The position numbers and the translations under genes were made by a program. The notes under the pieces are model-generated. The model had not been told where the DNA came from and did no database searches. It saw only the letters and a program-made list of their open reading frames with translations. Positions 18,508 to 31,626 of a DNA stretch of 64,000 bases are shown here, piece by piece; the first letter of the stretch is position 1, and every line of letters begins with the position of its first letter. Source of the DNA: an uncultured Actinomycetota bacterium (GTDB taxonomy: Bacteria > Actinomycetota > Actinomycetes > Streptosporangiales > Streptosporangiaceae); NCBI GenBank assembly GCA_963818995.1, contig CAWFUM010000007.1, positions 15,392 through 79,391 on the forward strand, in the 5' to 3' direction.

Positions 18508-19936
18508 CTACTGTCCGAGCAGCCAGCGGCCGGGGGCGATTAGCGTGCGCGCCTGGACCGGTCCCCACGAGCCCGGCTGGTACGGTGCGACCTTCGGCGG
18601 GCTGTCGAGCAGCGGCCCGGCCACTTTCCAGACCGCGGCGAGGCCATCCGGCCGGGTGAACAATGACCGGTCGCCGACCAGCACATCGTGGATCAGCCTG
18701 ACGTACGGCGGCAGCGGGTCGGCGTCGGCCAGCGCCGACAGGGGGATCGCGGTCCTGGCGGTGTCCAGGCTCAGCCCGGCGCCGGGTTTCTTGGCCACGA
18801 GCGACAGGTCGATCTCGCCGTCGCCGGCCAGCGAGAACGAGAGCACGTTCGCGTCGTCAGGCAGCTGGCCGCCAAGCGGAACGCCGGGCTTGCGCAGGAC
18901 GACGCTCACGCGCTGCTGCGACGCGGCCAGCCGCTTCCCGGTGCGCAGGTAGAACGGGACGCCCCGCCAGCGCGGGTTGTCGATCCAGAGCCTGGCCGCC
19001 ACGAACGTGTCGCGCTTGGACTTCGGGTCGACACCGGGAACGTCGCGGTAGCCGGCAAACTGACCGAGCACCACCTCGGCCGGGTCGAGAGGCCGGAACG
19101 AGCGGATGACCTTCTCCCTGGCCGGCTGGAGGTCGGCCGCATCCAGGCTCGCCGGCGGTTCCATGGCCACCTCGGCCGCGACCTGGAACAAATGCGTGAC
19201 CAGCATGTCGAGCACGGCACCGGTGGCGTCGTAGAAGACCGAGCGGTCGGTGATACCGAGGCGCTCGGGCACATCGATCTGGACCGACTCGATGTGCTGC
19301 TTGTCCCACATGCCGGCGAACATGCCGTTGGCGAACCTCAGCACATGCAGGTCCTGAGTGGCTTCCTTACCGAGGAAGTGGTCGATCCGGTAGACCTGCT
19401 GCTCGTCCAGAACCGAGTGGACAGCACGGTCCAGCTCCCTGAATGCCTTCTGAGAGGTGCCGAACGGCTTCTCGTAGACGACGCGAGCGCCGGCGGCGAG
19501 GCCGTGCTTGCCGAGGGCCTTGGTCAGCCCGCCGAATGCCACCGGCGGCACGGCGAGGTAGTGCACGAACTGCGGGTCGCTGCCCTCGGATTTGCGGGCC
19601 TTGCCGATCACGTCCAGAAGGCTGCCGGGACTGTCGCTGCTGAACCCGCCGCCCGCGAACAGCAGCACGCCGGGAGAAGGCGTCCCAGGCCTGGCCTTCC
19701 GGCTTAGGCCCGAACTCGGTCAGCACCTCATGCACGTGCCTGCGGAAGTCCTCGTGGGCAACCTCACCCCGGCCGTTGCCGACCAGCAGCCAGTCGCGGG
19801 GAAGCAGCCCCTCGAGTGCCAGCCGGTAGAAGGCCGGGATCACCATGCGCTTGGCCAGGTCGCCGGTAGCGCCGAAGAGGACGAAAATCGTCGGCCCCGG
19901 ATCCTGGCCGGCCTTGCCGCTTTTCTTGGTCGCCAT
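18508..19936 (-). pseudogene. zwf: Glucose-6-phosphate dehydrogenase, interrupted by one frame shift
   Basis: The N-terminus (FVLFGATGDLAKRMVIPAFYRL, frame of ORF 19367..19936) and the remainder (YLAVPP, VVYEKPFG, RIDHFLGKE, frame of ORF 18508..19668) are typical Zwf. The join (..AFSRR / LLFAGGGF..) needs a 1-nt correction near 19665-19680. Confidence 0.85.
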
Positions 19937-20222
19937 GACTGACCAACTTACGTGACCGGCGCCCGCTAAACCTCGCCCGCGACGGAGTAGCGGTGTCTCC
20001 GGCAGTCCCGGCTGCTCTGGATCCGCGGGCAGTCCGGTTCGCGACGCGATGGCAGTCGGGCCGGCCTGGCGGCGCGCGGATCGAGCCGGCCGCCGCCGCG
20101 TCAGCGGGGCCCTGGGGTGAGCAGCGGCCGCTTCACCTGCGGCGGGTGATGCGACGCCGGGGCGACGGCCGTGAGGATGGCGTCATCAGTGGCCAGAACG
20201 GGCCGAGACCGGGAGCGGTTGG

Positions 20223-22574
20223 ATGCCAATTGTCGAGTATGAGCCCGGTGCCGCCTTCCCTGGCGTCATCGGCCGGACCGCCGATGAGTCCTCGCCGGCC
20301 TGGCCGGCGCCGGTGCGACCCACGGCGGGCGCCCCCAATGTGCTGTTCATCGTCCTGGATGACACCGGGTTCGGGCAGCTTGGCTGTTACGGGAGCCCGA
20401 TTCAGACGCCCGGCTTCGACGCGCTCGCCGCGAGCGGCCTGCGGTACACCAACATGCACACGACCGCGCTGTGCTCGCCCAGCCGGTCGTGCATCCTGAC
20501 CGGCCGCAACCATCACAGCAATTCCATGGCCGCCGTCACGGAACTGGCGAGCGGCTATCCCGGCTACGACGGCGTCGTCCCGTTTGAGAACGGCTTCCTG
20601 TCGGAGATGCTGGTCGAGCACGGTTACAGCACGTTCATGGTCGGCAAGTATCACCTGACTCCGAGCAGCCAGGAGACGGCGGCCGGGCCGTTCGACCGGT
20701 GGCCGCTCGGCCGCGGCTTCCAGCGCTTCTACGGCTTCCTCGGCGGCGACACCAGCCAGTGGTATCCGGACCTGGTCTACGACAACCATCAGGTCGAGCC
20801 GCCGCGGACACCGCAGGAGGGCTATCACCTCAGTGAGGACCTGGTCGACAAGGCGATCGAGTTCATCGCCGATGCCAAGCAGATCGATCCGGGCAAGCCG
20901 TTCTTCCTGAACCTGTGCTTCGGGGCCACGCACGCGCCCCACCACGTGCCGCGGGAATGGGCCGACAGGTACGCCGGCCAGTTCGACGATGGCTGGGATG
21001 CCTACCGCGAGAAGGTATTCGCGCGGCAGCAGGAGCTCGGCATCGTCCCGGCCGGCGCGGAGCTGTCCAGGCACGACCCGGACGTGCCGGACTGGTCATC
21101 GCTGCCACCGGAGGCCCGCCGCCTGTACAGCAGGATGATGGAGGTCTTTGCCGGCTTCCTCAGCCACGCCGATCATCAGGTCGGACGCCTGACTGAGTTC
21201 CTGAGGCAGCGCGGAGAACTGGACAACACGCTGGTCATGGTCGTCTCCGACAACGGCGCGAGCGCTGAAGGCGGCCCGACCGGCACCACCAACGAAGCCC
21301 AGTTCTTCAACAACGCCCAGGAGTCGCTGGCGGAGAGCCTCGAGCAGATCGACGAGCTCGGCGGCCCCGGCCACTTCAACCACTACCCGTGGGGCTGGAC
21401 CTGGGCCGGGAACACGCCGTTCCGGCGCTGGAAGCGCGAGACCTACCGGGGCGGGACCAGCGATCCGTTCATCGTGTCGTGGCCGCGGCGGATCCAGGAC
21501 GGGGGCCAGATCCGCACCCAGTACGCCCACATCATCGACATGGTGCCGACCGTGCTGGACCTGCTGGACCTCGAGCCGCCGCGGGCGATCCGCGGCGTGA
21601 CGCAGGCGCCGCTGCACGGGGTCAGCTTCGCTCCTACGCTCGGCGGCGCGGCGGTGCCGACCAGCCGGCAGACGCAGTACTTCGAGATGCTCGGGCACCG
21701 GGCGATTTACCACGACGGCTGGCGGGCTGTCTGCCCGTGGCCGGGCCCGTCGTTTGCCGAGGCCGGCGTTCCGTTCGGCCAGCCGATCTCCGCTGACCGC
21801 CTCTCCGAGCTTGACGCCACCGGCTGGGAGCTCTACCACGTGGCTGAGGATTTCGCCGAGAACTACGACGTGGCTGCCGACCACCGGGACCGCCTGATCG
21901 CGATGATCGGCAGGTGGTACGTGGAGGCCGGCAAGTTCAACGTCATGCCGGTCGACGGCAGCGGCCTCGCCCGCCTGATCGCGGAGAAGCCGCTCGTCGC
22001 ACCTCCGCGCGACAGCTACACCTACCTGCCCGGCACCCAGTCGGTCCCGTTCGGCGCGGCACCGCGAGTGCTCAACCGCCCGCACAGCATTACGGCCGAC
22101 GTCCACATACCGGCCGGCGGAGCTGATGGCGTGCTGATCTGCCAGGGAACGGGTGCCGGCGGGTACTCCTTCTACGTCAAGGACGGCAAGCTTCGCTACG
22201 CCCACAACTATGTGGGCCGGGCCGTCTACGGAGTCGAGTCGGCGGACGTCATCACGCCGGGCGAGCATCAGCTCAGGTTCGAGTTCGAGCCGGTCGGCGA
22301 GCCGGACCTGGCCGGCGGAAAGGGCGCGCCGGGCAGGCTCCAGCTCTACGTGGACGGCGTACTTGCCGGGTCAGCGGAGGCACCCGTCACTACCCCGTTC
22401 GTGCTCAATCCGGGTGCGCTCACCTGCGGCGCGAATCCCGGCTCGGCCGTTACCGCCGACTACGCGAGCCCGTTTAAATTCACCGGCACGATCCGCAGCG
22501 TGACCGTCGACGTCAGCGGCGACCTGATCCGCGACAGCCAGGCCGAGCTGCGCCTGCATCTGGCGCGCCAGTAA
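20223..22574 (+). CDS. Arylsulfatase (formylglycine-dependent sulfatase family)
   Basis: 783 aa. NVLFIVLDDTGFG and the sulfatase signature CSPSRSCILTGRNHH. Intact. Confidence 0.9.
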   Translation: MPIVEYEPGAAFPGVIGRTADESSPAWPAPVRPTAGAPNVLFIVLDDTGFGQLGCYGSPIQTPGFDALAASGLRYTNMHTTALCSPSRSCILTGRNHHSNSMAAVTELASGYPGYDGVVPFENGFLSEMLVEHGYSTFMVGKYHLTPSSQETAAGPFDRWPLGRGFQRFYGFLGGDTSQWYPDLVYDNHQVEPPRTPQEGYHLSEDLVDKAIEFIADAKQIDPGKPFFLNLCFGATHAPHHVPREWADRYAGQFDDGWDAYREKVFARQQELGIVPAGAELSRHDPDVPDWSSLPPEARRLYSRMMEVFAGFLSHADHQVGRLTEFLRQRGELDNTLVMVVSDNGASAEGGPTGTTNEAQFFNNAQESLAESLEQIDELGGPGHFNHYPWGWTWAGNTPFRRWKRETYRGGTSDPFIVSWPRRIQDGGQIRTQYAHIIDMVPTVLDLLDLEPPRAIRGVTQAPLHGVSFAPTLGGAAVPTSRQTQYFEMLGHRAIYHDGWRAVCPWPGPSFAEAGVPFGQPISADRLSELDATGWELYHVAEDFAENYDVAADHRDRLIAMIGRWYVEAGKFNVMPVDGSGLARLIAEKPLVAPPRDSYTYLPGTQSVPFGAAPRVLNRPHSITADVHIPAGGADGVLICQGTGAGGYSFYVKDGKLRYAHNYVGRAVYGVESADVITPGEHQLRFEFEPVGEPDLAGGKGAPGRLQLYVDGVLAGSAEAPVTTPFVLNPGALTCGANPGSAVTADYASPFKFTGTIRSVTVDVSGDLIRDSQAELRLHLARQ

Positions 22575-22632
22575 CCAGGCTGCGGGATCCTCGTCAGTCC
22601 AGGTCGGGTCAGACCGGGTCGGGTCGGGTCGG

Positions 22633-23152
22633 TCAGGTGAGCTCCGGCGCGGCCGGGCTGCGCGATCCCGCGTCGCTGGCGGCTTCGCCTCCGTCGGCAG
22701 CCGGATCCTGGATCGCGGCGGCCAGGCAGCTGAGGAAAGAACGGATGGTCGCGGCCGCGACACGGTGCAGGATCGCGCGGTCAAGCAGCGCCCCGGCTGG
22801 CCCGCCAGGTGGCCGGTACACGCCCTGCAGGCCGATCAGCGTCGCGTCCTCGCCGTCCGGAACCATGGTGATGTCGGCATCCAGGACCGGGAACAGCCGC
22901 TCGCCGGCGCCGGCAGCCTCCCAGCGCACGCTGACGAAGGTCGCTGCTCCGCGCTGCACCGGCTCGCTGGCCCGTATCTGGACGAGTTTCGACAGGCCGG
23001 GGACCGGGCCCAGCGGGCCTATTCTCGCCATCCCCTCGCCGAAGGCCTGGCTGGAGGCGGCCATCAGCCCGCTGCCAGCAGAGCAGCGCCGCCAGCCGCG
23101 TCCTGGCGGCCGCCGGGCGGGCCTGTGCCCGCACCTCATCGCCAACGAACAT
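22633..23152 (-). pseudogene. Conserved hypothetical protein, apparent frame break
   Basis: The N-terminus MFVGDEVRAQARPAAARTRLAALL (frame of ORF 22781..23242) continues as SGLMAASSQAFGEG...RWEAAGAGERLFPVLDADI...YRPPGGPAG (frame of ORF 22633..23145). The break is near 23070-23085. The start lies 1 nt after the PAS gene stop. Confidence 0.45.
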
Positions 23153-23153
23153 G

Positions 23154-23801
23154 TCAGAGAGCACAGCCGGCCGCGGTCCGCGCGCCGCTACTGCCATTGG
23201 TCCCGGATCCGGCGCGCAGGTCCTGCCGCCAGCGGAAGGCATGATCGCGCATCTCGCGAATCACCTCGTCCAGGTGGCGCAGCGCGTCGCTGATCCGTTC
23301 CCTGGCAACGTCCGGGGGCTGGTCTCCGGCCGCCTGCAGGCTGAGCCCGACGTGGAACAGGCTGCTGACTACCCGATCCAGTAGCTTCCCGGTGTCCTTC
23401 TCGCGATCGGATGCGGCGGCGCGGGCCAGGCTGGCCAGGTCGCCGGGCAGCGGCGAGCGGGTCGCGTCCCTGACCACGGCGAGAACGAGGTGGCCGCCGG
23501 CAGTCGGAACCGGGCTGAGCGTGATGGTGACCGGCAGCGTCGCCCCGTCCTTTCTGACGCCCGCCAGCCGTTCCCGGCCCGCCATCGGGCGCGCCTCCGG
23601 TGCCCGCGCGTAGGCGGCCCGGAACTTGCCGTGCACCGCCCGCAGATTCGCGGGTACGAGCGACTCCACCGGACGACTGGCCAGCTCGCCGTACTCGTAA
23701 CCGAACATCTCCGACAGCCGCCGGCTGGCGAGCACGATCGTGCCATCGTCATCGACCAGCAGGATGCCGTCATCGAGGGTGTCAATCAGCTGCCGCAACA
23801 C
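23154..23801 (-). CDS. PAS-domain protein with a HisKA_3-like helical tail lacking the phospho-acceptor His and any ATPase domain
   Basis: PAS core: GILLVDDDGTIVLASRRLSEMFGYEYGELASRPVESLVP...GVRKDGATLPVTITLSPV. The tail KLLDRVVSSLFHVGLSLQAA....ISDALRHLDEVIREMRDHAF resembles DLHDxVIQxLFAxGLxLQ, but with Leu at the His position. Confidence 0.7.
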   Translation of the reverse strand: MLRQLIDTLDDGILLVDDDGTIVLASRRLSEMFGYEYGELASRPVESLVPANLRAVHGKFRAAYARAPEARPMAGRERLAGVRKDGATLPVTITLSPVPTAGGHLVLAVVRDATRSPLPGDLASLARAAASDREKDTGKLLDRVVSSLFHVGLSLQAAGDQPPDVARERISDALRHLDEVIREMRDHAFRWRQDLRAGSGTNGSSGARTAAGCAL

Positions 23802-24254
23802 CGTGGCGCTGAGCCCGGGTCCCGCGGCGGTGTCGCCGGTCCGGCTTCCAGCCGCCTGCCGCGGCGGGGCGGCCCGGCGCCGCCGGTGCGTCCGCAGCCT
23901 CTTCTCCGGCGGGCCGGACAGCCGAGGCCGCGACCACGGAGGGGAACACCGGAACCAGCCTGTCCAGCCCCGCCTCGCTCACCAGCCTGGCCACCGCCGG
24001 AGCGGTCACGACCAGGCGGAGTTCGGCCTGGCTCAGTGCCGCCGCATGGTAGGCGCGGATCAGGGCCTCGGCGCCGGCTGCGATCGCAGGATGACGTGGC
24101 CGACAGGTCCGCGATGACCACGGCGGCGCGATCGGCTATACGCCGCCCGGATCTGCTCGCCGACGCTAGCGGCACTGGCCGCGTCGAGGTGCTCGGGGAA
24201 CGGCACGATCGCGACCTGGCCCGCCGCTCCGGCATGCGCGGCGCCTTCTGTCAT
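23782..24254 (-). pseudogene. STAS-domain anti-sigma-factor antagonist-like protein, two frame breaks
   Basis: MTEGAAHAGAAGQVAIVPFPEHLDAASAASVGEQIRAA / IADRAAVVIADLSATSSCD / AAGAEALIRAYHAAALSQAELRLVVTAPAVARLVSEAGLDRLVPVFPSV reads through three frames. Breaks lie near 24135-24145 and 24075-24090. Confidence 0.6.
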
Positions 24255-24328
24255 GGCTGAAGCCTGGCATGATCGCTGCTGCCCGCCCACCCGGGCGGGC
24301 GCTCACGTGACTTTCCGGCCGATCCCGG

Positions 24329-26722
<2,394 letters not shown>

Positions 26723-26932
26723 CTGTCTCCATCTATTCGTCAGTGCGGTGCTCAGCGTCGCTTACCGGCGCCGGGACGGGCCGCGGCACGGGAGACAGTC
26801 GCGCACGATGATGTTCATGACCGTCACGCTAGCCGCGGCCCGGCAGTCCGTGCTTCTCGATTCCTGACCGGTGCTCTGTCGCCCGAGAGGCGGGCCCCGG
26901 GGTCGCCGCAGCAGATCGGGCTGCCACGGTCG

Positions 26933-27775
26933 CTAGTCCCCGAGCGAGGTGAGTGCCGCGGTGACGCTCGCGATGCGCCCGGCGTCCCACTGAACGTTCG
27001 GGTCGGGTTCGAGAAACGCTGATGCGAGGCCGGCCAGTCCGAGCGCGGGAAGCGACCAGTCGGCCTCATCGGCAGCGCCGAACGGGCGTGCGCGCGTCCG
27101 GCGCCCGCCGCCTTCCGGAACGGTCATGGCCGCGATGACCAGTCCGCGCATGGCCGCGTCGAGCAAGGCGGCCAGGTCCTCGAATGTGCTGCCGGTCTCT
27201 GGCCTGATCCGGTAGCCGAGCAAGCCGGCCAGCAGGTCCCAGGCAGCGGCAACCCGAGCGATATGCTCGCGCTCCGACTGCGCGAGCGAGGCCTGGATCT
27301 GGCTGCGCAGTTCGTCGTCGGCCAGGCTGAGATAGGTGGCGTGCAGCGCGATGTACGTCCGCCACTCGGCAGAGCCCCTCAGCGCCTCGAAATCCAGCAC
27401 GGACAGCTGCCGGAACAGTTCGATGACCAGGCTGTGCCGCTGATCCGGTGCCTCGAGCCAGGTTGCGTGATCAGCCACGATCTGCCGGATCAGGGCCATC
27501 TCCTCGGCCAGCAGAGACGGTGTGGCCGTGCGGGCCAGATCTTTCACAAGGTCACTGAAGAACAGGTCCTTGTACGGCCAGCGGCGGTAGACCGTGCTGC
27601 GGGAGACATCGGCCGAGCGGATGAGGTCCTCGAAGCTGATGTGGTCCAGGCTCACGGTCAGCCCGCTGTCGGCCAGCAGGCTCCGGGCGGCCGCCAGCAT
27701 GCGTCGCTCGGTTTCCTGGTCCGAGAGTCGGCGCCCCCTGCGGGCCAGGCCGGTCGCTGCCGGGGAGTGCGTCAT
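26933..27775 (-). CDS. TetR family transcriptional regulator
   Basis: Likely start is the ATG at 27775 (MTHSPAATG...). HTH: VSLDHISFEDLIRSADVSRSTVYRRWPYKDLFF. Confidence 0.8.
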   Translation of the reverse strand: MTHSPAATGLARRGRRLSDQETERRMLAAARSLLADSGLTVSLDHISFEDLIRSADVSRSTVYRRWPYKDLFFSDLVKDLARTATPSLLAEEMALIRQIVADHATWLEAPDQRHSLVIELFRQLSVLDFEALRGSAEWRTYIALHATYLSLADDELRSQIQASLAQSEREHIARVAAAWDLLAGLLGYRIRPETGSTFEDLAALLDAAMRGLVIAAMTVPEGGGRRTRARPFGAADEADWSLPALGLAGLASAFLEPDPNVQWDAGRIASVTAALTSLGD

Positions 27776-27822
27776 GGGCTCGGCCCGCTCTCTGGGACTT
27801 TGGACTCTATGTTTCAAGTTTA

Positions 27823-27836
27823 AGGATTGCAATCCT
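27823..27836. promoter_or_regulatory. Perfect 14-bp palindrome AGGATTGCAATCCT in the TetR / nitroreductase divergent region
   Basis: Read directly. It is self-complementary and lies 48 nt upstream of the TetR start and about 68 nt upstream of the ATG at 27904. A candidate TetR operator. Confidence 0.5.
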
Positions 27837-27903
27837 CGGTTCCACGATACCGATTCGCCGGGCAGGCACCCTGCACTTCGTGGCACCCAGGACGGTGAGA
27901 CCT

Positions 27904-28455
27904 ATGGCGAGCTGGCCGTTCTCCGATGACAGGCTCCGCGCCATGTACGCGACCGGGCAGGCTGACGCCGCCGCCCGGAGTTTTGCCCGCCTGTGGGCCG
28001 CAGTGTTCGGCCTGGGACTGGTCCCGGCGCGCTGGGTCACGCTTGAGGTGGCCGGCCGCCAGTCGGGTCAGCCGACCCGGTTCCCGCTCGGAATGGCCGA
28101 TCTGGACGGCAACTGGTATCTCGTGCCGATGCTGGGCGCGGGGTGCAACTGGGTCAGGAACGCCCGCGCCGCGGGCGGCCGGGTCACGATCAGGCACGGA
28201 CAGGCGGTGCGGTGCACGCTGACCGAGATCCCAGTCAGGGAGCGCCCGCCGGTGCTGAAGCGCTACCTGCAGAAGGTACCGGGGGCGCGCCCGCACATCC
28301 CGGTCCGCCCGGACGCCGACCTCGCCGAGTTCGCGGCTGTCGCCGCGCTGTACCCGGTCTTCCTGGTCACCGCTGACGCGCCGCGGCGCGGCGGGCGGCA
28401 GCTCCGCGGACATCGGCAGCTCATCGACGGGACCGGCAGGAGCGTGCCGTCATGA
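27904..28455 (+). CDS. Deazaflavin (F420)-dependent nitroreductase family protein (Ddn/DUF385-like)
   Basis: VTLEVAGRQSGQPTRFPLGMADLDGNWYLVPMLGAGCNWVRNARAAGGRVTIRHG....ERPPVLKRYL is typical of the family. The alternative GTG at 27880 is possible. Confidence 0.75.
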   Translation: MASWPFSDDRLRAMYATGQADAAARSFARLWAAVFGLGLVPARWVTLEVAGRQSGQPTRFPLGMADLDGNWYLVPMLGAGCNWVRNARAAGGRVTIRHGQAVRCTLTEIPVRERPPVLKRYLQKVPGARPHIPVRPDADLAEFAAVAALYPVFLVTADAPRRGGRQLRGHRQLIDGTGRSVPS

Positions 28456-29175
28456 GCGATCGTTCCCGGCTCAGCGCCAGGGGCCTGGGCGCATCCATGC
28501 GGCCGCCGCGCCGGCGGCGCTGGTGGCGCTGGATCCTGGCCGGCCTCGTGGCCCTCGTCGTCGTGGTGGCCGGAGTTGCCGTCCTCTCCGTCAAGCTGGC
28601 CCCGTCCGCGCCGCCGCTCGGGCTGCCCGCCGGGACGGTGAGCGCGCCGGCCGGCCCCTTGACGGGACCTGGCAGGTCGCGGCCGGATCGGTGGCCGGCT
28701 TCCGCCTCGAGCAGACGGCACTCGGGATCAGCAGCTACATCGGCGGCACGACGACAGGCATCACCGGGACGATGGTGCTGTCCGGCGCCGAGGTCACCAG
28801 CGCGACGCTGCGCATCCGGCTGACGGCTATCAAAGTCAGCGGCAAGGTTCAGCCGCAGCTCGCCGCCAGCCTGCGAGCCGGCCAGCATCCGGTCGCCACG
28901 TTCACCCTCACCGGACCCGTGCGGCTGAGCCCGGCGCTGGCGTCCGGCGGCACCGTGACGATCACGGCGGCCGCCAGCTCGCGCTGAACGGGACGAGCAA
29001 ACCTGTAGCAGTCACGCTCTCGGCCCGCCGGGCCGGCATGGAGCTGCAGACAGCGGGGGCGATAGCTGTCAGCTTGTCCCGCTGGCACATCGCCCAGCCG
29101 CAAGGGTTCGGTTTCCTCGGCTCGCTCTCCAGCCACGGAGCCGCGGAGTTCAGCCTCATCCTGCGGCGCCGCTAG
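28452..29175 (+). pseudogene. YceI-family protein with N-terminal membrane anchor, two frame breaks
   Basis: The TM anchor (WWRWILAGLVALVVVVAGVAVL) is in one frame and LDGTWQVAAGSVAGFRLEQ...ATFTLTGPV in a second. QLALNGTSKPVAVTLSARRAG...AAEFSLILRRR* is in a third. The first break is at the C4 run 28655-28658; the second is near 28965-28975. Confidence 0.7.
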
Positions 29176-29472
29176 AGAGCGAGCCAGCCGGGTCCTCGCT
29201 GCGCTCTCACTGCGCGGACCGGACGCGGATGAGCGCGGGCCGGCCGGCCCGGCCGCGGGAATCAGTTCATCAACTGAGCGCGGAGTCACGCTGTCCTCCA
29301 GCACCAGGCCCGGAATGGCCCGGCACTCGACGTTCCGGATCGGTCGCGCGGACTCGTTTTTCACCACCGTGAGCAGCCAGGTGGGAACGTCGCCCCAGTT
29401 GATGCCGTGCATGGGCCTGAACGCTCATGCCTGCGCCAATCCGATGATGCGCATTCCGCCCGTCTTGCCGGT

Positions 29473-30841
29473 TCACGGTCTGGTATAGCGGGCGAGCAGG
29501 GGGATGAGCACCTGCGCGTTGGGGCTGCCCCAGCCGGTGACCGGGTCCCAGCCGGGTGCGGCCCGATAGCCGGCGATCGTCGCCAGCGGAAGTGTGATGG
29601 TGCTGTTTCCTGTGGTGATGTCGTGAAAGGCCTGGTGGTAGCTGTCGCTGCGGCCGATGCGGTAGATGGCGGGGTTGACGAAGCCCAGGTGGCGGCCGGC
29701 GTACTGGTCGGCCAGGGCGATCAGCGCCGCCCATAGCGGTGTGGCTGCGCTTGTCCCGGCGCCCGGGTAGAAGTAGTCCTTGCCCGCGGTCGTGACGGCC
29801 TGCGTCATGCCGGTGCGGCCTGCGGCGTTGGAGGCTACGTCGGGCACACCGCGGCCCGTGCCGATGCCGGCGACGCCCGCCTGATAGGAGGGCCGCGGGA
29901 ACAGGTGACTGAACCCGCCACCGGAGGTCTGCGGGTTTTCCGTCCCTGGCGGGGTGTGCCATGCGGTCTCGCTGCGATAGGCGCCGGTAGCGCGATCCGC
30001 GTCCAGGGTGGTGCCGCCGGCCGCGAGCACGAGCGGGTCGGAGGCCGGGAGCCCCACCTCCCTGACCGAGGTCGGGATGCCGAAATCTGCGCACTGGGTG
30101 CTGGCCGCGCCGAAATCACCCGAGCCGGCGACCACCGTCACGCGGTGTTCCTCGTGCTGCCTGGAGTGCCGAGTTCAGGCCCGTCGCTTCGGCCGGGGTA
30201 AAGCACTCCTCCCCGAGGACGGCGCTCAGCGACACGACCGAGCCATCCGAAAGGGCCAGCCGCAGCACGCCGTCCACGGCGGCGATCCAGCTTCCGGGAC
30301 CGGTCCAGCCCGGGATCAGGACCACCCGGATGGCGGCGGACGGGGCGATCGCGTGCACGATCTCGGTGTCCTCAACCTCCTCTTGGCCCGCCAGCCACGG
30401 CCAGGCCGAGCCGGCCAGGCTGCTATCCACCTGCAGCCGCGCTGCGGGCAAGCCGAACACGGCGTCGAACAGCGCCAGATCCTGCCGGATATCAGTGACC
30501 TCCACAGGTTGCCCCGGCACGCGATGCTGCGGCGTGTTCGCGAACTCCATCAGGACCACGGTCTGACCGCGTCCGTCGATCCCGCGATCCAGCAGCGGCT
30601 GGATGCCGTAGGCGACGCGCAACTGCTGCGGGGTGAAGCAGGCAGACGCGTACTGGTGCCGGCAGCCAGCGACAGCCGCGCTGGCCCTCGGGTGGCCCGC
30701 ACGCCGCGCCGGCGCACTTCCTGTTCCCGAGCTGCACCCGCCAGCCAGGACGAGTGTCATCACCGCGACCGTGGTTATTGTGGCCGGCAGCCGACGTCGG
30801 CGGCAGGCCGCTCGTCGCCGGGTCAGCTGAGCCTGGTGCAT
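29473..30841 (-). pseudogene. S53 (sedolisin) family serine peptidase, lipoprotein-type signal, one frame break
   Basis: The N-half (ORF 30116..31048) has RRRRLPATITTVAVMTLVLAGGCSS (lipobox) and FTPQQLRVAYGI. The C-half (ORF 29473..30141) has VVAGSGDFGA and the catalytic GAGTSAATPLWAAL. The join is near 30140-30160. Confidence 0.75.
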
Positions 30842-31107
30842 TGCGCGAAGTCTGCGAACGGGCAGGAGCAATTGTGCATTCAGCCTGCGGTATCTCGGAG
30901 CCCGCCGGGCAAGCGGCGAGGGTCGCGCACCGGACATGGCACATGCCTCCATAGCCGGGAACGAGCCTGAAGTACACGCTACTAACCAGAAGCTGACCTC
31001 ACCTCCGGACTCAGGCCCTGCGGCCGCCGCTAGGACGGCACCCTCCATCCAGCAATAGTGTGCGCCACATGCGCTAGGTATCTGCTGGCTGTCCGACAGG
31101 AGGAAAC

Positions 31108-31620
31108 GTGTCCGGTCTCAAGGCCGAACTGCACAACAGCCTTCAGGCCACCCGGCAGTCGCTGCTATCCAGGCTCGAAGGCCTGCGCGAGTACGACCTT
31201 CGCCGTCTCTGGTGCCGGAGACCCGGCCTGCCTGGGGATGAGTCCGATCCCAATGCCGGGATGTGGGCCACGCCCGAGGAATCCAGCGAGTCGGTCATCA
31301 GTCTCTACCACCGAGCCTGCGAGCACGCGGACCTGACTATCGCCGGACTCGACCTTGATGCGCCAGGGTCGGTAGCCCACTGGGATGAGGGCGACCGCGC
31401 GACGACGCTCGGCGCAATACTCATCTGGATGGTCTGGGAGACCGCGCAGCACGCCGGCCATGCCGACATCATCCGCGAACTCATCGACGGCACCGCCGGA
31501 GCCGATCACGACCAGATCCTTACCGAGCCCGGCGCCCGCCGATGCGATAGTCCAAAGCGCGGATGGCGGCATGAGCAGGCCCTAGTAGGCCTTGTGCAGT
31601 CCGAATTCTCCGGCGCCTGA
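31108..31620 (+). CDS. DinB/DUF664 family protein (probable internal deletion)
   Basis: The ends match the family (LKAELHNSLQATRQSLLSRLEGLREYDLRR ... DPNAGMWATPEES...WMVWETAQHAGHADIIRELIDG). About 35-45 residues expected after YDLRR appear to be missing. GTG start. Confidence 0.55.
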   Translation: MSGLKAELHNSLQATRQSLLSRLEGLREYDLRRLWCRRPGLPGDESDPNAGMWATPEESSESVISLYHRACEHADLTIAGLDLDAPGSVAHWDEGDRATTLGAILIWMVWETAQHAGHADIIRELIDGTAGADHDQILTEPGARRCDSPKRGWRHEQALVGLVQSEFSGA

Positions 31621-31626
31621 TTAGAA

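Noticed and set aside
22575-22640. Short GGGTC/GGTCGG iterations (gtcgggtcagaccgggtcgggtcgggtcggtcagg) between the arylsulfatase gene and the convergent operon.
   Set aside because: It is a very short, imperfect microsatellite-like stretch in a convergent intergenic region. There is no evidence of function beyond possible secondary structure.
28849-29412. 187-aa minus-strand ORF between the YceI and S53 genes.
   Set aside because: Its C-terminal two thirds are antisense to the clearly YceI-like coding sequence. The remaining ~80 N-terminal codons (29170-29412) have no recognisable features.
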